Origin: Candidatus Poribacteria bacterium | GTDB lineage: Bacteria; Poribacteria; WGA-4E; WGA-3G | DNA: 64,000 nucleotides | Assembly: GCA_963663765.2 (NCBI GenBank) | Contig: CAXXUA010000004.1 | Span: forward strand, 96,001-160,000 | Direction: 5' to 3' | In this document: positions 19,704 to 30,073 of the stretch, piece by piece | Layout of the letters: the number at the start of each line of letters is the position of its first letter | How positions within the stretch are numbered: the first letter of the stretch is position 1 | The notes under the pieces: generated by a model | The model's input: only the letters and a program-made list of their open reading frames with translations | Told to the model about the DNA's origin: nothing | The model's database searches: none | Position numbers and translations under genes: made by a program

Positions 19704-22577
19704 CTATTGTCCGCCTAATTTACTGAGGCGTTTTTCTGCTTCAAGTTTCCACTGTTCAGGTGGTTTTAGTTTTAGGAAACGTTTCCACTGTTCTCTTGCC
19801 AACTTATTTCGTTCGGTATATTCATACATCAATGCGAGATTGTAGTTTGCGGTCATATTTCTGGGTTCCAGTTCAAGTGCGCGTTCGAACTGATCCGCTG
19901 CTGCCCCGAGTTTATCCATGCTGTATAGCACATTTGCATATACGATAATCGTTGGTACATGGTTTTTATTTAATTCAAGAGCCTTATCTAACATATCTTT
20001 TGCTTTATTCAAATCTAACTCATTATTGTAATATAGGTCGCCGAGTCTTTGATATGCTTCTGTGGCTTTGTTGTTTAGTGAGATTTCTTTTTCATAGAGT
20101 TTTATTGCTTCTTTCCAGTTCTGGCTGCGTTCTGCCAGTTTACCCAGTTGTGTATGAACGCCTTTATAGTTTGGATCCATCTGAATGACTTTTTTGAATG
20201 TATCCTCTGCAAGTCTGTATTGTTCAATCCAGAGTTGAATTGTACCAATATGGAAATATGCGTTTACGTTTTTCGGGTCTAAGTCAACAACTTGTTTGAA
20301 GTCTTCCATAATTTGACTGCTGCGATACAGTGTCTCACCAATGCGTTTATAGCGGTTGGTAATGAGGCCGCGCTGAAAATACGCCTGTATGTGATCTGCT
20401 TTTAGTGCAATAGTAGCCGTATATTCCTTTACAGCTAATTCCGCGTGATGGTGATAGTCTTCAAGAGTTGCAGCATGTCCATCTAACAAGAGTGCGTAGC
20501 GATAGTGCCATTCAACGTGTTCGGGATCATGTTCGTTTGCTAAACCGTAATGATGCAGTGATTGTTGAAGGTTTTCAGCTTTGTTTTCTTTGGGACCTTT
20601 TTTGAAACGTTTCTCAAAGATGACAGCAAGAGTATGGTGTACATTTGGATGTGCGGGGTCAAGTATCAATGCTGGTTGATAGACGCGTATCATGTTATCT
20701 TCATCTTTCCGCTGTTCATAGATGCCACCAAGTCGGAAAAAGGGTTCTGTATTTTCTGGATCAAGTTCAATAGTTTTCTCTAAATAGACTATTGCGTTGT
20801 CAATATCACCCTTCTTCTGATATAAGACACCAGTCTGATATTGTGCATCAACATTGTCAGGTTTTAACCGTATGGTTTCTAAGAAAGCGGAGAGTGCTTC
20901 GTCGTCCTTTTCAAGTGCTACATAAGATAGTGCAGTGAGATAGTGTGCGTGTGCATCGGATGCGTCAAGTGCTATTATTCTTTTCAATGTGTCAATTGCT
21001 TTCTGATGTGAAGCATCCCCTCGATAGATACTAACCATTTTGTATAGTACATCGGGTCTTTTGGCATCTAACTGCAATGTTTTTTCATAATACACAAGTG
21101 CGTTTGGTTTATCTTCATTCGCTTCGTAACTTTGTCCTAACAGGTAAGTCGCATCAATATCTTTAGGATACAATATGACATGCATGTTTAGCGATTCAAC
21201 TGCACCCGTGTAGTTCTCATTTTCATAAGCAGATTTACCTTGCATCCAGTATTTTGTCGCTAGTGTAGGATTGAATTCGATTGCTTTTCGGAGATTTACC
21301 GCGGCTTCTTCTAATTTTCCTTGCTTGAAATAGAGTTCACCCAGATACATATATGAGTCATTGAAGTGTCCGTAAGTTGGTATTTTTTCAAGATAGGTTG
21401 GGTCTGCTTCGATAATCTCAATAGTTTTTTTATAGAGTGTGATGGCTTGCTCTGCATTTTTATCATTTGCTTCAATACTTGCGAGATAAAAATAGGAGCG
21501 TGGGTCTTTTGGTAGAATAGCCATTGTTTTCTCTAAAATCTTTCGTGCGTCTGTTGCATCCATTTCGCTAACAAAAAAGGGATTTAATGGTTCAAACAGG
21601 GCATCTTTTAGTGTTGGGTCATCGTCTATTGCTTGTTTGTAGTGTGTTTTTGCAGTCTCAACATCACCTTGTGAATATAGAAGTTCTGCTATAGCGAAGT
21701 GTGCTGGACCATACTCTGGTTCAATCTCAAGTGCGCGACGATACAATTGAACTGCCCCATCTGCATTGTCACCATCAGCGAAAATCACACCTAAATCATA
21801 TACATCTTTCGCGGTGTAGGGTTGATATTCTGCGGATTTTTGATATTCCAGTTGTGCGTCATCAAAAAACTTCTCTTTTGCGAGTACTTGCCCAAGTTTG
21901 ATGTATGCTGGTGCGAATTTGCGGTCATTCTGAATCACACGGTCAAATGTTTCACGTGCCTGACTCAGGTTATTTTGGTGAAAATAGACCAGACCGATTC
22001 CGTAAAGAGAGTATGTCCATTTTGGGTTTAATTCTTGAGCAGTTTGAAAAGATATGAGTGCTTCGGCATATTTGCCTTGTTCAATCTGGATTTCACCTAT
22101 ATTGTAGTGCGCAGGATAGTATTTTGGATTTAGTGTAAGACAAGTTTGGAATTTGACGAGAGCCAGTTCATAATTTTTCAGTTTTCTGTAGACTGCGCCG
22201 AGACTGTAATGTGCCCAAAACATTGATGGATCAAGTTGCAGAGCGGTTTCAAAGTTCATGACCGCCATTGCATCTGAGACCATATTTTGCTTTGTGTCCG
22301 ACAATGCGTATGCATAACCTATTCCGTAGAAAAACGCGGCATCATCTGCTTTGTTTGCTTTTTGTGCTTCATAAAGTTGTATGAGTTCAGTTAGAAGTTC
22401 TTGCTTTTGCCATTCAACGACCAATTCGCGATGTTTTTCTGGCGCGTCTTTTTTGGTATTCAAAACCATGGCGAAATCTTTCTGCATTTCCTGTAATGAT
22501 TCTTCTTGTGAAAAGGTATCTACAGCAATCGTAAATAATGTGAATAAAAATATGAGCGAGAATGTGATTCTTTTCAT
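19704..22577 (-). CDS. Large secreted tetratricopeptide repeat protein
   Basis: Signal peptide plus many TPR repeats, 957 aa. Confidence 0.92.
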   Translation of the reverse strand: MKRITFSLIFLFTLFTIAVDTFSQEESLQEMQKDFAMVLNTKKDAPEKHRELVVEWQKQELLTELIQLYEAQKANKADDAAFFYGIGYAYALSDTKQNMVSDAMAVMNFETALQLDPSMFWAHYSLGAVYRKLKNYELALVKFQTCLTLNPKYYPAHYNIGEIQIEQGKYAEALISFQTAQELNPKWTYSLYGIGLVYFHQNNLSQARETFDRVIQNDRKFAPAYIKLGQVLAKEKFFDDAQLEYQKSAEYQPYTAKDVYDLGVIFADGDNADGAVQLYRRALEIEPEYGPAHFAIAELLYSQGDVETAKTHYKQAIDDDPTLKDALFEPLNPFFVSEMDATDARKILEKTMAILPKDPRSYFYLASIEANDKNAEQAITLYKKTIEIIEADPTYLEKIPTYGHFNDSYMYLGELYFKQGKLEEAAVNLRKAIEFNPTLATKYWMQGKSAYENENYTGAVESLNMHVILYPKDIDATYLLGQSYEANEDKPNALVYYEKTLQLDAKRPDVLYKMVSIYRGDASHQKAIDTLKRIIALDASDAHAHYLTALSYVALEKDDEALSAFLETIRLKPDNVDAQYQTGVLYQKKGDIDNAIVYLEKTIELDPENTEPFFRLGGIYEQRKDEDNMIRVYQPALILDPAHPNVHHTLAVIFEKRFKKGPKENKAENLQQSLHHYGLANEHDPEHVEWHYRYALLLDGHAATLEDYHHHAELAVKEYTATIALKADHIQAYFQRGLITNRYKRIGETLYRSSQIMEDFKQVVDLDPKNVNAYFHIGTIQLWIEQYRLAEDTFKKVIQMDPNYKGVHTQLGKLAERSQNWKEAIKLYEKEISLNNKATEAYQRLGDLYYNNELDLNKAKDMLDKALELNKNHVPTIIVYANVLYSMDKLGAAADQFERALELEPRNMTANYNLALMYEYTERNKLAREQWKRFLKLKPPEQWKLEAEKRLSKLGGQ

Positions 22578-22698
22578 TTTTCTTATTCCTCTATATACAG
22601 TGTTATACCCAATTAACGTGTTCTGTAATGGTAAACGTGCGGTTTGGAGATCGCACCTACATTTGGAAAAAGATAAATCCCGTTAATTTGGTATTATG

Positions 22699-23643
22699 TT
22701 AAGCTTTTATTTTTTCTATAAGGATTGTCTCTATTTTCTCTTGCGTTGGCATTGATGGTGTTGCACCAAGCACCGTGGTTGCTGCTGCGCCTGCAGCTGC
22801 AGCAAATTTTACTGCATCAGATAACTCTTTTCCATTTGCGATTGCGGTTGCCAAAGCTCCGCTGAACGCATCTCCTGCACCTGTTGTGTCCACTGCTTCA
22901 ACCACAAACGTTGGTATGTGTGTGCATTCTGTGAGTGTGCTAAGCAAAACTCCTTGTTCTCCAAGTGTTATGATAACTGCTGAAAGTCCATCAGGAGCAA
23001 TCTTTGCACGTAATGCATTTGCTGCTGTGATAGCATTTTCTGGTGATGACACTGTATGTCCGGATAACACTGTTGCTTCTGTTTCGTTTGGTTTCAGAAT
23101 ATCTACCTGTGCTAACAATTTTGATGGTAGTTGTTTCGCTGGTGCCGGATCCATTATGACGATTGTGTCGTTCTGTCTTGCTATCTCAATCGCTTTTTCC
23201 GATGCATCTATCGGTGTTTCTAATTGTAGCAGCAATACGTCTGCGTTTGCAATGCTTTCTGCTGCTTCATCTATGTCTTTGGGTGTTAGACGCATATTCG
23301 CGCGTGGGATAACGATGATACTGTTTTCGCCATCCGGTTGGACTATTATTGTGGCGATTCCGGTTCCGCTCTTTGCATCGGTTTTGACGAATTGGCTGTT
23401 GATGTTTTCTGCGTCTATTGCGGTTCGGAGGACCTCTGCGAAGTGGTCATCCCCTATTTTGCCAATCAGCGTGACTTCTGCACCTAATCGGGCTGCGGCC
23501 GTTGCTTGATTGAAGCCTTTGCCACCTGTGAAAATGTCATAGGTGTCTCCGATGAGGGTTTCGCCTTTGTTTGGCAGGCGTTTGGCGCGGATGACAAGGT
23601 CAACGTTTGCACTGCCGAGGACGGTGACTTTGGGTGACTGCAT
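22699..23643 (-). CDS. rbsK: Ribokinase
   Basis: GSANVDLV, GGKGFNQA, KPNETEA, VDTTGAGDAF. Confidence 0.95.
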   Translation of the reverse strand: MQSPKVTVLGSANVDLVIRAKRLPNKGETLIGDTYDIFTGGKGFNQATAAARLGAEVTLIGKIGDDHFAEVLRTAIDAENINSQFVKTDAKSGTGIATIIVQPDGENSIIVIPRANMRLTPKDIDEAAESIANADVLLLQLETPIDASEKAIEIARQNDTIVIMDPAPAKQLPSKLLAQVDILKPNETEATVLSGHTVSSPENAITAANALRAKIAPDGLSAVIITLGEQGVLLSTLTECTHIPTFVVEAVDTTGAGDAFSGALATAIANGKELSDAVKFAAAAGAAATTVLGATPSMPTQEKIETILIEKIKA

Positions 23644-23647
23644 TGTT

Positions 23648-23980
23648 TTACGTTTCCGGTCCGTTCAATTCTTGTAAGAATGCTTTAATGCTCGGTGTGT
23701 GGATTGCTGTGCGAAGCAACTCTGTTAAACGATCAAGGTCCACAATAGATTCAAGTGCTTGCGCTACGGATTGCAGTTCGCTCTGTGGAAAACGTGTGGT
23801 AAGTACAGACAAGATATTTTTGGTGGAAGTTTCGCGTGCACCTCTGTTAATACCCTGTTTGACACCTTGATCAAAACCTTTTATAAAACCTTGATTATAA
23901 CCTTTATCAATTCCTTTTTTAATTCCACGTTGTTCTATGACCTTGTAAAATGGAGATTCTTGCATCATTTTCTTCACCAT
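23648..23980 (-). CDS. Stand-alone Rpn C-terminal module (RpnS-like)
   Basis: MMQESPF...QGxxxG repeats...NILSVLTTRFPQS, homologous to the C-termini of the neighbouring Rpn genes. Confidence 0.75.
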   Translation of the reverse strand: MVKKMMQESPFYKVIEQRGIKKGIDKGYNQGFIKGFDQGVKQGINRGARETSTKNILSVLTTRFPQSELQSVAQALESIVDLDRLTELLRTAIHTPSIKAFLQELNGPET

Positions 23981-24001
23981 AAGTATATTAAATCAAGCAG
24001 G

Positions 24002-24922
24002 TTATGAACTAAATTGTGCTACGTAGATAGCACAAACAATAACGGTTTCCGATCCGTTCAATGTATGTAAGAATGCTTTAACACTCGGTGTGTGGATTGC
24101 TGTGCGAAGTAGCTCTGTTAAATGATCAAGGTCTTGAATAGACTCAAGTGCCTGTGATATAGGTTGCAGATCGCTCTGTGGAAAGCGTTCGATTAGCACA
24201 GACTGTATATTCTTGATGTTGGTTTCGCGGGAACCTTGTTCCGTATATTTCTGCATTAAGTGTTCAATAAAGGGAGATTCTTGCATCATTGCCTCCGTTA
24301 TAAGTTTTTGTAAAAATGTAAGGTCATGGGCTATGCTGCCCAACGTTGATAGCGCAAAGAACAGCGTTCCACGCGTTTGCGTGTCAACTGGTGCTGCTTC
24401 TGTCTTCTCAATACATTTCTTTAACCATTCCTCCGTATCCATACTTTCTGGCGGTCTCATCAAAGGCGTAAACGGTAACAATCCAACCGATGCTTCTTCC
24501 AAAAACGATTCGCCTTCTAAATCCGCCAACCGAATTACCTGATACTTATGCTGCAAACCGAATTCATCATTTCCATAACTATAACCGCCAGGGTCAGTCT
24601 CTCCAGCATTTGGACTTAGATATATCACCACTGAATACACGGGAAGTTCATGACGTAACAGGAGTTCACTTGCATAAGCGAGGACACGCAACGGCATCGG
24701 CTTATCTCTGCTATCCTCGGTTTGCACCTCTATGTGAAGCAGGACTGTTTCATTGTGCCATAGCACCTTAAATGTCATGTCATTGCGATGCACCTTTACC
24801 GTTTGTTGTTCGGTGTCCAGTGTCTCTAAAACTTGGACATCGGGTGTGGCAAAGGATAGTATGGCGAAGTCGGCGGCGAACTGGTGCATCAGGTACTTTA
24901 CTATTTCATCGTATTATGCCAT
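24002..24922 (-). pseudogene. Rpn-family (YhgA-like) nuclease copy with a nonsense codon at position 3
   Basis: ATG GCA TAA in place of ATG GCA CAA of the paralogues; normal stop also lost; an internal Met at 24889 could still initiate. Confidence 0.7.
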
Positions 24923-25004
24923 GTTAAGTAGTATGCCTTTCGGCGCGTATCACAAGGTCAAGTTTGCGCTGCCGAGGATGGCAACTTTTGGGGACTGCAT
25001 TGTT

Positions 25005-25241
25005 TTACGTTTCCGATCCGTTCAATGTCTGTAAGAATGCTTTAACACTGGATATCTGGACTGCTCTGCGGTGCAGCTCAGTTAAACGATCAAGGTCTTG
25101 TATAGACTCAAGTGCTTCTGCCACTGGTTGCACATCGCTCTGTGGAAAACGTTTTGTAAGCACAGACAAGATGTTTTTGGTGGAATTTTCACGTGCACCT
25201 TTCTGCATTAAGTATTCAATAAAGGGAGATTCTTGCATCAT
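25005..25241 (-). CDS. Stand-alone Rpn C-terminal module (RpnS-like)
   Basis: GGAGGCAATGATG start, MMQESPF...; 78 aa. Confidence 0.75.
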   Translation of the reverse strand: MMQESPFIEYLMQKGARENSTKNILSVLTKRFPQSDVQPVAEALESIQDLDRLTELHRRAVQISSVKAFLQTLNGSET

Positions 25242-25269
25242 TGCCTCCGTTATAAGTTTTTGATGCTTT

Positions 25270-26175
25270 TTATACTTCCGATGCGTCTAATCCTTGCAGG
25301 AACGTTTCAACGCTGGATGTCCGGATTGCTGTGCAAAGCAGCTCCGTCAAACGATCAAGATCCTCAATAGATCCAAGTGCCTGCTCTATGGATTGCAGAT
25401 CACTCTGTGGAAAGCGTTCGGTTAGCACAGACAAAATATTTCTGATTGCCATTTCACGCGAACCTTGTTCAATACCTACAACTTTACCTTGTTCCGTATA
25501 TTTCTGCATTAAGTGTTCAATAAAGGGTGATTCTTGCATCATTGCCTCCGATATAAGTTTTTGTAAAAATGTAAGGTCATGGGCTAAACTACCCAACGTT
25601 GATAGTGCAAAGAACAGCGTTCCACGTGTTTGTGTGTCAACTGGTGCTGCTTCTGTCTTCTCAATACATTTCTTTAACCATTCCTCCGTATCCATACTTT
25701 CTGGCGGTTTCATCAAAGGCGTAAACGGTAACAAACCAACCGATGCTGCTTCCAAAAACGATTCGCCTTCTAAATCCACCAACCGAATTACCTGATACTT
25801 ATGCTGCAAACCGAATTCATCATTTCCATAACTATAACCGCCAGGGTCAGTCTCTCCAGCATTTGGACTTAGATATATCACCACCGAATACACGGGGAGT
25901 TCATGACGTAGCAGGAGTTCACTTGCATAAGCGAGTACACGCAACGGCATCGGTTTATCTCTGCTATCCTCGGTTTGCACCTCTATGTGAAGCAGGACTG
26001 TCTCGTTGTGCCATAGCACCTTAAATGTCATGTCATTGCGATGCACCTTAACCGTTTGTTGCTCGGTGTCCAGTGTCTCTAAAACTTGGACATCGGGTGT
26101 GCCAAAGGATAGCATGGCGAATTCATCGGCGAACTGGTGCATCAGATGCTTTACTATCTCATCGTATTGTGCCAT
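25270..26175 (-). CDS. Rpn-family recombination-promoting nuclease/putative transposase
   Basis: YDEIVKHL, RNDM...LHIEVQT PD-(D/E)xK-like core, MPLRVLAY, PVYSVVIYL. Confidence 0.85.
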   Translation of the reverse strand: MAQYDEIVKHLMHQFADEFAMLSFGTPDVQVLETLDTEQQTVKVHRNDMTFKVLWHNETVLLHIEVQTEDSRDKPMPLRVLAYASELLLRHELPVYSVVIYLSPNAGETDPGGYSYGNDEFGLQHKYQVIRLVDLEGESFLEAASVGLLPFTPLMKPPESMDTEEWLKKCIEKTEAAPVDTQTRGTLFFALSTLGSLAHDLTFLQKLISEAMMQESPFIEHLMQKYTEQGKVVGIEQGSREMAIRNILSVLTERFPQSDLQSIEQALGSIEDLDRLTELLCTAIRTSSVETFLQGLDASEV

Positions 26176-26301
26176 GCTATGTGTTATACCGTAGTTTTAG
26201 AAAATGTCAAAGATTTCGCTTTGTTTGACGTCCGTTTGGCGCATATCACAAGGTCAACGTTTGCACTCACGAGGACGGAGGCTTTGGGCTGCTGCATTGG
26301 T

Positions 26302-27171
26302 TTACGTTTCCGATCCGTTCAATGCTTGTAAGAATTCTTTAACGCTGGATATCTGGACTGCTGTGCGAAGCAGCTTTGTCAAACGATCAAGGTCTTGAAT
26401 AGAATCAAGTGCCTGTGATACAGGTTGCAGATCGCTCTGTGGAAAGCGTTCGGTTAGCACAGACTGAATATTATTAATAGAATTTTCACGTGCACCTTTC
26501 TGCATTAAGTATTCAATAAAGGGAGATTCTTGCATCATTGCCTCCGATATTAGTTTTTGTAAAAATGTAAGGTCATGGGCTAAACTACCCAACGTTGATA
26601 GCGCAAAGAACAGCGTTCCACGCGTTTGCGTGTCAACTGGTGCTGCTTCTGTCTTCTCAATACATTTCTTTAACCATTCCTCCGTATCCATACTTTCTGG
26701 CGGTCTCATCAAAGGTGTGAACGGTAACAATCCAACCGATGCTGCTTCCAAAAACGATTCGCCTTCTAAATCCGCCAACCGAATTACCTGATACTTATGC
26801 TGCAAACCGAATTCATCATTTCCATAACTATAACCGCCTGGGTCAGTCTCTCCAGCATTTGGACTTAGATATATCACCACCGAATACACGGGGAGTTCAT
26901 GACGTAGCAGGAGTTCACTTGCATAAGCGAGTACACGCAACGGCATCGGTTTATCTCTGCTATCCTCGGTTTGCACCTCTATATGCAGAAGGACTGTCTC
27001 GTTGTGCCATAGCACCTTAAAAGTCATGTCATTGCGATGAACCTTTACCGTTTGTTGTTCGGTGTCCAGTGTCTCTAAAACTTGGACATCGGGTGTGCCA
27101 AAGGATAGCATGGCGAATTCATCGGCGAACTGGTGCATCAGATGCTTCACTATTTCATCGTATTGTGCCAT
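26302..27171 (-). CDS. Rpn-family recombination-promoting nuclease/putative transposase
   Basis: Near-identical N-terminal ~220 aa to 25270-26175, different C-terminus. Confidence 0.85.
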   Translation of the reverse strand: MAQYDEIVKHLMHQFADEFAMLSFGTPDVQVLETLDTEQQTVKVHRNDMTFKVLWHNETVLLHIEVQTEDSRDKPMPLRVLAYASELLLRHELPVYSVVIYLSPNAGETDPGGYSYGNDEFGLQHKYQVIRLADLEGESFLEAASVGLLPFTPLMRPPESMDTEEWLKKCIEKTEAAPVDTQTRGTLFFALSTLGSLAHDLTFLQKLISEAMMQESPFIEYLMQKGARENSINNIQSVLTERFPQSDLQPVSQALDSIQDLDRLTKLLRTAVQISSVKEFLQALNGSET

Positions 27172-27762
27172 GCTATTGATTATACTCAATGGGGTGGTGG
27201 TTTGTCAAGTGGAGTTTTTTTGGGTGGGATGGTGTTGTAATGGATGTCCTGTTTACTTTAGCGATTAATATTTCTACAGCGTATCTCATAAATGCATTTT
27301 TCTTCAAATTCAGCTGATCGAGTGTCCGGTAAATTGAGGTTAGAAACCCCGATTTATGAGATAGGTTGTAAATTACTCAAAGAGTGGATAGGTTCCCCCA
27401 ACTGCCAGAACAGACCTTGAAAGGATGTTATGTTGTGTTTTGGGTTGAAAATATGGTATCCTTAACGACTTGTGCCAGTTAACCAATTGTTTATATAGTT
27501 ATCACATATATTAGGTTTATAATGCACACATATCGTCCCTACCAAATCAACGCCAAATGCGCGTATGGCATTTGTCGGGACTGAAGATCGTTTCAAACTA
27601 TGAAGTACACCTGCAAAACGTCATGTTTATGTGAAACAATGATTAACATATTGTTATTTAGCACAACTCGTTATCCTTAAGAAAATGTTGCATTATTTGC
27701 ATTATAATTTCGTGTTTTTGAAAAATATTATAATAGAAACCTTCGCGAAAAAGGAGGGTTAG

Positions 27763-28146
27763 ATGCGGTTGTCACAAGAGGTTATTGCTGATCTGGTTGT
27801 GTTGCTTAGGCGCACTTCTGTGAGTTTGGCATGTGAAGAAGCGGGAGTGAGTGTTGGTTCGTATTATCGTTGGCATTGGGAGTCTCGTAAGCTATCTCGT
27901 CGGCGTGTTCCGAATTCCGTTGATACACCTTATGAGTGTTTGCTTCGTGAGTTCGGCAGGCGGACTCGTGCGTCTCGTAAGCATTATTTGTTGTGTAAGC
28001 GTGTAGTGCAAGGGAAAAAAGGAGCGGTACGAAAACGTAGTGTGAAGTTAGAAAGTGGAGCGGATGTCAATAATCGTAAACGGGTTCACGAACTTTGTAA
28101 GGAGACTGTGTCTCTAACATCATCAAATTTTGATTTTTTGGAGTGA
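27763..28146 (+). CDS. Hypothetical protein with N-terminal helix-turn-helix
   Basis: AAGGAGG RBS; SVSLACEEAGVSVGSYYRW HTH-like segment. Confidence 0.6.
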   Translation: MRLSQEVIADLVVLLRRTSVSLACEEAGVSVGSYYRWHWESRKLSRRRVPNSVDTPYECLLREFGRRTRASRKHYLLCKRVVQGKKGAVRKRSVKLESGADVNNRKRVHELCKETVSLTSSNFDFLE

Positions 28147-28149
28147 GAA

Positions 28150-29223
28150 ATGAATAAGAAGTTGAAGTCTAATTGGGTAAAACATGATAAAGAACCAGAA
28201 TCTAACATTAATATGTTTGACATAACTGGGGTCGGTTTTCTGGAATTACCGGAGGCATTTGCGTTGTATCATCCGTTTGTTTTGGAGCAGCGTTTTCCAT
28301 CAGAGATGCCTATGTCGGTGCAGGAGAAATTTCTTCAATCGGGTTTTATGAAGATGGAAGGTATGGCTTGGATGTTGAGTTTGATCGGGCATCGTAAGTG
28401 TGTGGAAGATACGGACAAAATCGGTGTGGGTATCAAGGGTGAAGTTACCTTTGCAAAAATTCACGATGCTTATAGAAATTATTTTGACAAGAAACCGTAT
28501 CGGGACTATGACCTCAATCACATTGATTACAAAGAAAACTGTCGGAAATGGATGGACGAACTGCTTTATCCGTATTATCGTAAGTTCCTTTCGTCTTCGT
28601 TGCGGGAGGTAGTTGTACGGGGGCATGCACGTGGATTGTCTACGACAGCGGTGATTAATGATTTGATTCTTACGGATGATGATTTGTCGCCGTTTGCGTT
28701 GTGGAAGTTAGACGATATTTGCGGTTCGGATCGGCTTCGTAGATATCTTCATCCGCAGTTGGTGTATTTGAAATCGTCTAATCCTCGTTTTCCGAAGAAA
28801 TATCGGGGAGTATGGGATGATGAGCGTGAGCGTTTTCAGCGGGCGTTGACGAGTGTACCGATGTCGACGGTAGTGGAGCAGGTACAAGCATTGTCTGATC
28901 ATTATGAAAAGTTGGTTGATGCGCGAGATTCTGTGAAGGATCCGAAGGATTTGGTGTCGTTATCGAATGCGATTGTTAAAACGGTAGCGGGTATGTTTAG
29001 GTTGACGCGTGATCCTGTTTACCGGGATCAGTTGGATTCTTTGAAGGATCAAAATACTTTGGAAATGCTAAGTGCAGAGTCGCTTGATGAGATTGGTTCA
29101 TCTGAAATGCAGTCGTTTGCGCCGTCTAAGGTTGCGGCACTGGATACGCCTGCTTTGGATGTGCCTGCTGAGGAGAAAGCGGTACAGAAAGTTGAGGAGA
29201 ATGTGACAATAGAAGCAAAGTAA
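28150..29223 (+). CDS. Hypothetical protein
   Basis: 357-aa ORF starting 3 nt after the upstream ORF. Confidence 0.7.
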   Translation: MNKKLKSNWVKHDKEPESNINMFDITGVGFLELPEAFALYHPFVLEQRFPSEMPMSVQEKFLQSGFMKMEGMAWMLSLIGHRKCVEDTDKIGVGIKGEVTFAKIHDAYRNYFDKKPYRDYDLNHIDYKENCRKWMDELLYPYYRKFLSSSLREVVVRGHARGLSTTAVINDLILTDDDLSPFALWKLDDICGSDRLRRYLHPQLVYLKSSNPRFPKKYRGVWDDERERFQRALTSVPMSTVVEQVQALSDHYEKLVDARDSVKDPKDLVSLSNAIVKTVAGMFRLTRDPVYRDQLDSLKDQNTLEMLSAESLDEIGSSEMQSFAPSKVAALDTPALDVPAEEKAVQKVEENVTIEAK

Positions 29224-29578
29224 TACCATTTCTCATCTATAATGTTTCATTATCATGTCGGAAGAACCCTCACCCTCCCATACGCTATCGCTATGGGAAC
29301 CCTTCCCTCTTATCAGAGTAGGACTTCATCACCCTTGCATGCGGGGGGAGAAAGGGAGGAAATCAAATAGAAATGGTATATGATAGTATCAGGACAGACG
29401 CAAACTGAACAGATAAAGGGAATATTGGGGTTAAAAAGCCGTTACTTCAGGATTTTAACCCTAAATTCTCTTATCAAGGGACTTTATGAGAAAATGCATA
29501 AGTTTTGACTATGACGTATCCATAAATCAGTTTTGATTTCTACACAACAAACAAAATTGGATGGAGTCTGTTCAATAT

Positions 29579-29690
29579 GTTTCAATCTCGAAATCGAGAT
29601 ACTTCTGATTTAAAGCAACAACATTAATTACATTATCAGATGATGTAAGTGATGTTTCAATCTCGTAATCGAGATACTTCTGATTATAAG
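29579..29690 (-). CRISPR. Two degenerate trailer-end repeats plus a spacer, cut off from the main array by a MITE
   Basis: Repeats at 29579-29615 and 29654-29690 each have 2 mismatches to consensus. Confidence 0.9.
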
Positions 29691-29706
29691 CAAGAGGAAC
29701 GCTTGG

Positions 29707-30037
29707 CAGGGTTATTCAGTTTTCAATTTATTGAGTAAATTCTATCACCGTTGTTAATCCTTGAGTTAGCTTATTTTTGGGAGTTAACCCATTGTTTGTC
29801 TGAACCAGGATTTTCAGGATTACCAGATTTTCAGGATTTACCTCGTCAAGGGTTTTTGATATTTGTTTATGCCCTCTTTTGGAATAGGATCTGATGAGAA
29901 ATATCTTGATAATCTACTAATCCTGAAAATCCTAGTTCAGACCAAAATCAAGAATACCATAAAAATCCTATATAATTACTAATCTTAACCCAAAGTTAAC
30001 TGGCATAACGATAGATTCTTAAAACTGAATAACCCTG
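29707..30037. mobile_element. MITE family A inserted in a CRISPR spacer
   Basis: TIR CAGGGTTATTCAGTTTT; exact 9-bp TSD AACGCTTGG (29698-29706, 30038-30046). Confidence 0.9.
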
Positions 30038-30073
30038 AACGCTTGGGACACGGGGAACTCGTGGAACTCACGG

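Noticed and set aside
22775-23509. 244-aa plus-strand ORF, and similar antisense ORFs over grpE, dnaJ and rpn
   Set aside because: Antisense shadows of well-supported genes.
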